Below are positions 63,760-64,000 of a stretch of DNA of 64,000 bases, one piece after another; positions within the stretch are counted from its first letter, which is position 1, and every line of letters starts with the position of its first letter. The DNA lies in NCBI RefSeq assembly GCF_006345805.1, contig NC_043010.1, positions 43,710,001 to 43,774,000 on the forward strand, given 5' to 3'. The position numbers and the translations under genes are program-made. Under the pieces are notes generated by a model. The model was not told where the DNA came from. It did no database searches and saw nothing but the letters and a program-made list of their open reading frames with translations. Source of the DNA: Octopus sinensis. Its lineage: Eukaryota.

Positions 63760-64000
63760 TAGCACACCTTTACATTCTGAGTTCAAATTCTGCTGAAGCT
63801 GACTTTGCCTTTCATCTTTTTGGGGTTGATAAAATGTTGCTGACCACTCATCCTATGCCAAAATGTCAGGTCTATAGCAGAAAGTATTATTATTATCATT
63901 TAAAGTGGTGAGCTATCAGAATGATTAGTACAGGGCAAAAATGCTTAGCAGTATTTTGTCCATCTTTATGTTCTTAATTCAAATTCTACCAAGATCGACT
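63760..64000 (+). mobile_element. Two SINE pieces of the 31012 family, the second running off the window
   Basis: TTCTGAGTTCAAATTCTGCTGAAGCTGACTTTGCC (63775-63810) and AAAGTGGTGAGCTATCAGAATGATTAG... (63902-64000). Confidence 0.7.

Overview
AT-rich, repeat-dense eukaryotic DNA, most likely an octopus (coleoid cephalopod) chromosome. This is inferred from the tRNA-derived SINE families, the (GAT)n-tailed RTE LINEs and the dense (TA)n/(GA)n microsatellites. The left 38.3 kb holds one large + strand spliced gene. I reconstructed 8 coding exons with canonical GT-AG ends and fully consistent phases: ~3565-4668, 6488-6560, 7366-7444, 12178-18439, 32818-32980, 35940-36096, 36618-36744 and 38293-38331, giving ~2,600-2,780 aa depending on the start codon. 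By recalled sequence motifs it is a homolog of the uncharacterised vertebrate protein KIAA0232 (DUF4603). Here it also carries a Trp-enriched disordered region and a C-terminal tandem CCCH zinc finger, which suggests an RNA-binding/mRNA-decay scaffold (inference). The introns and the right 25 kb contain a full-length broken mariner with TIRs and TA duplication, a DD37D (maT) remnant in tandem, RTE, CR1 and Penelope fragments, a hAT MITE with an 8-bp TSD, many SINEs, an orphan 18S rRNA fragment and a 139-bp-arm hairpin. RTE 3' UTRs carry a structured ~61-bp tandem repeat. No second protein-coding gene could be supported. Homology calls come from remembered motifs, not database searches.
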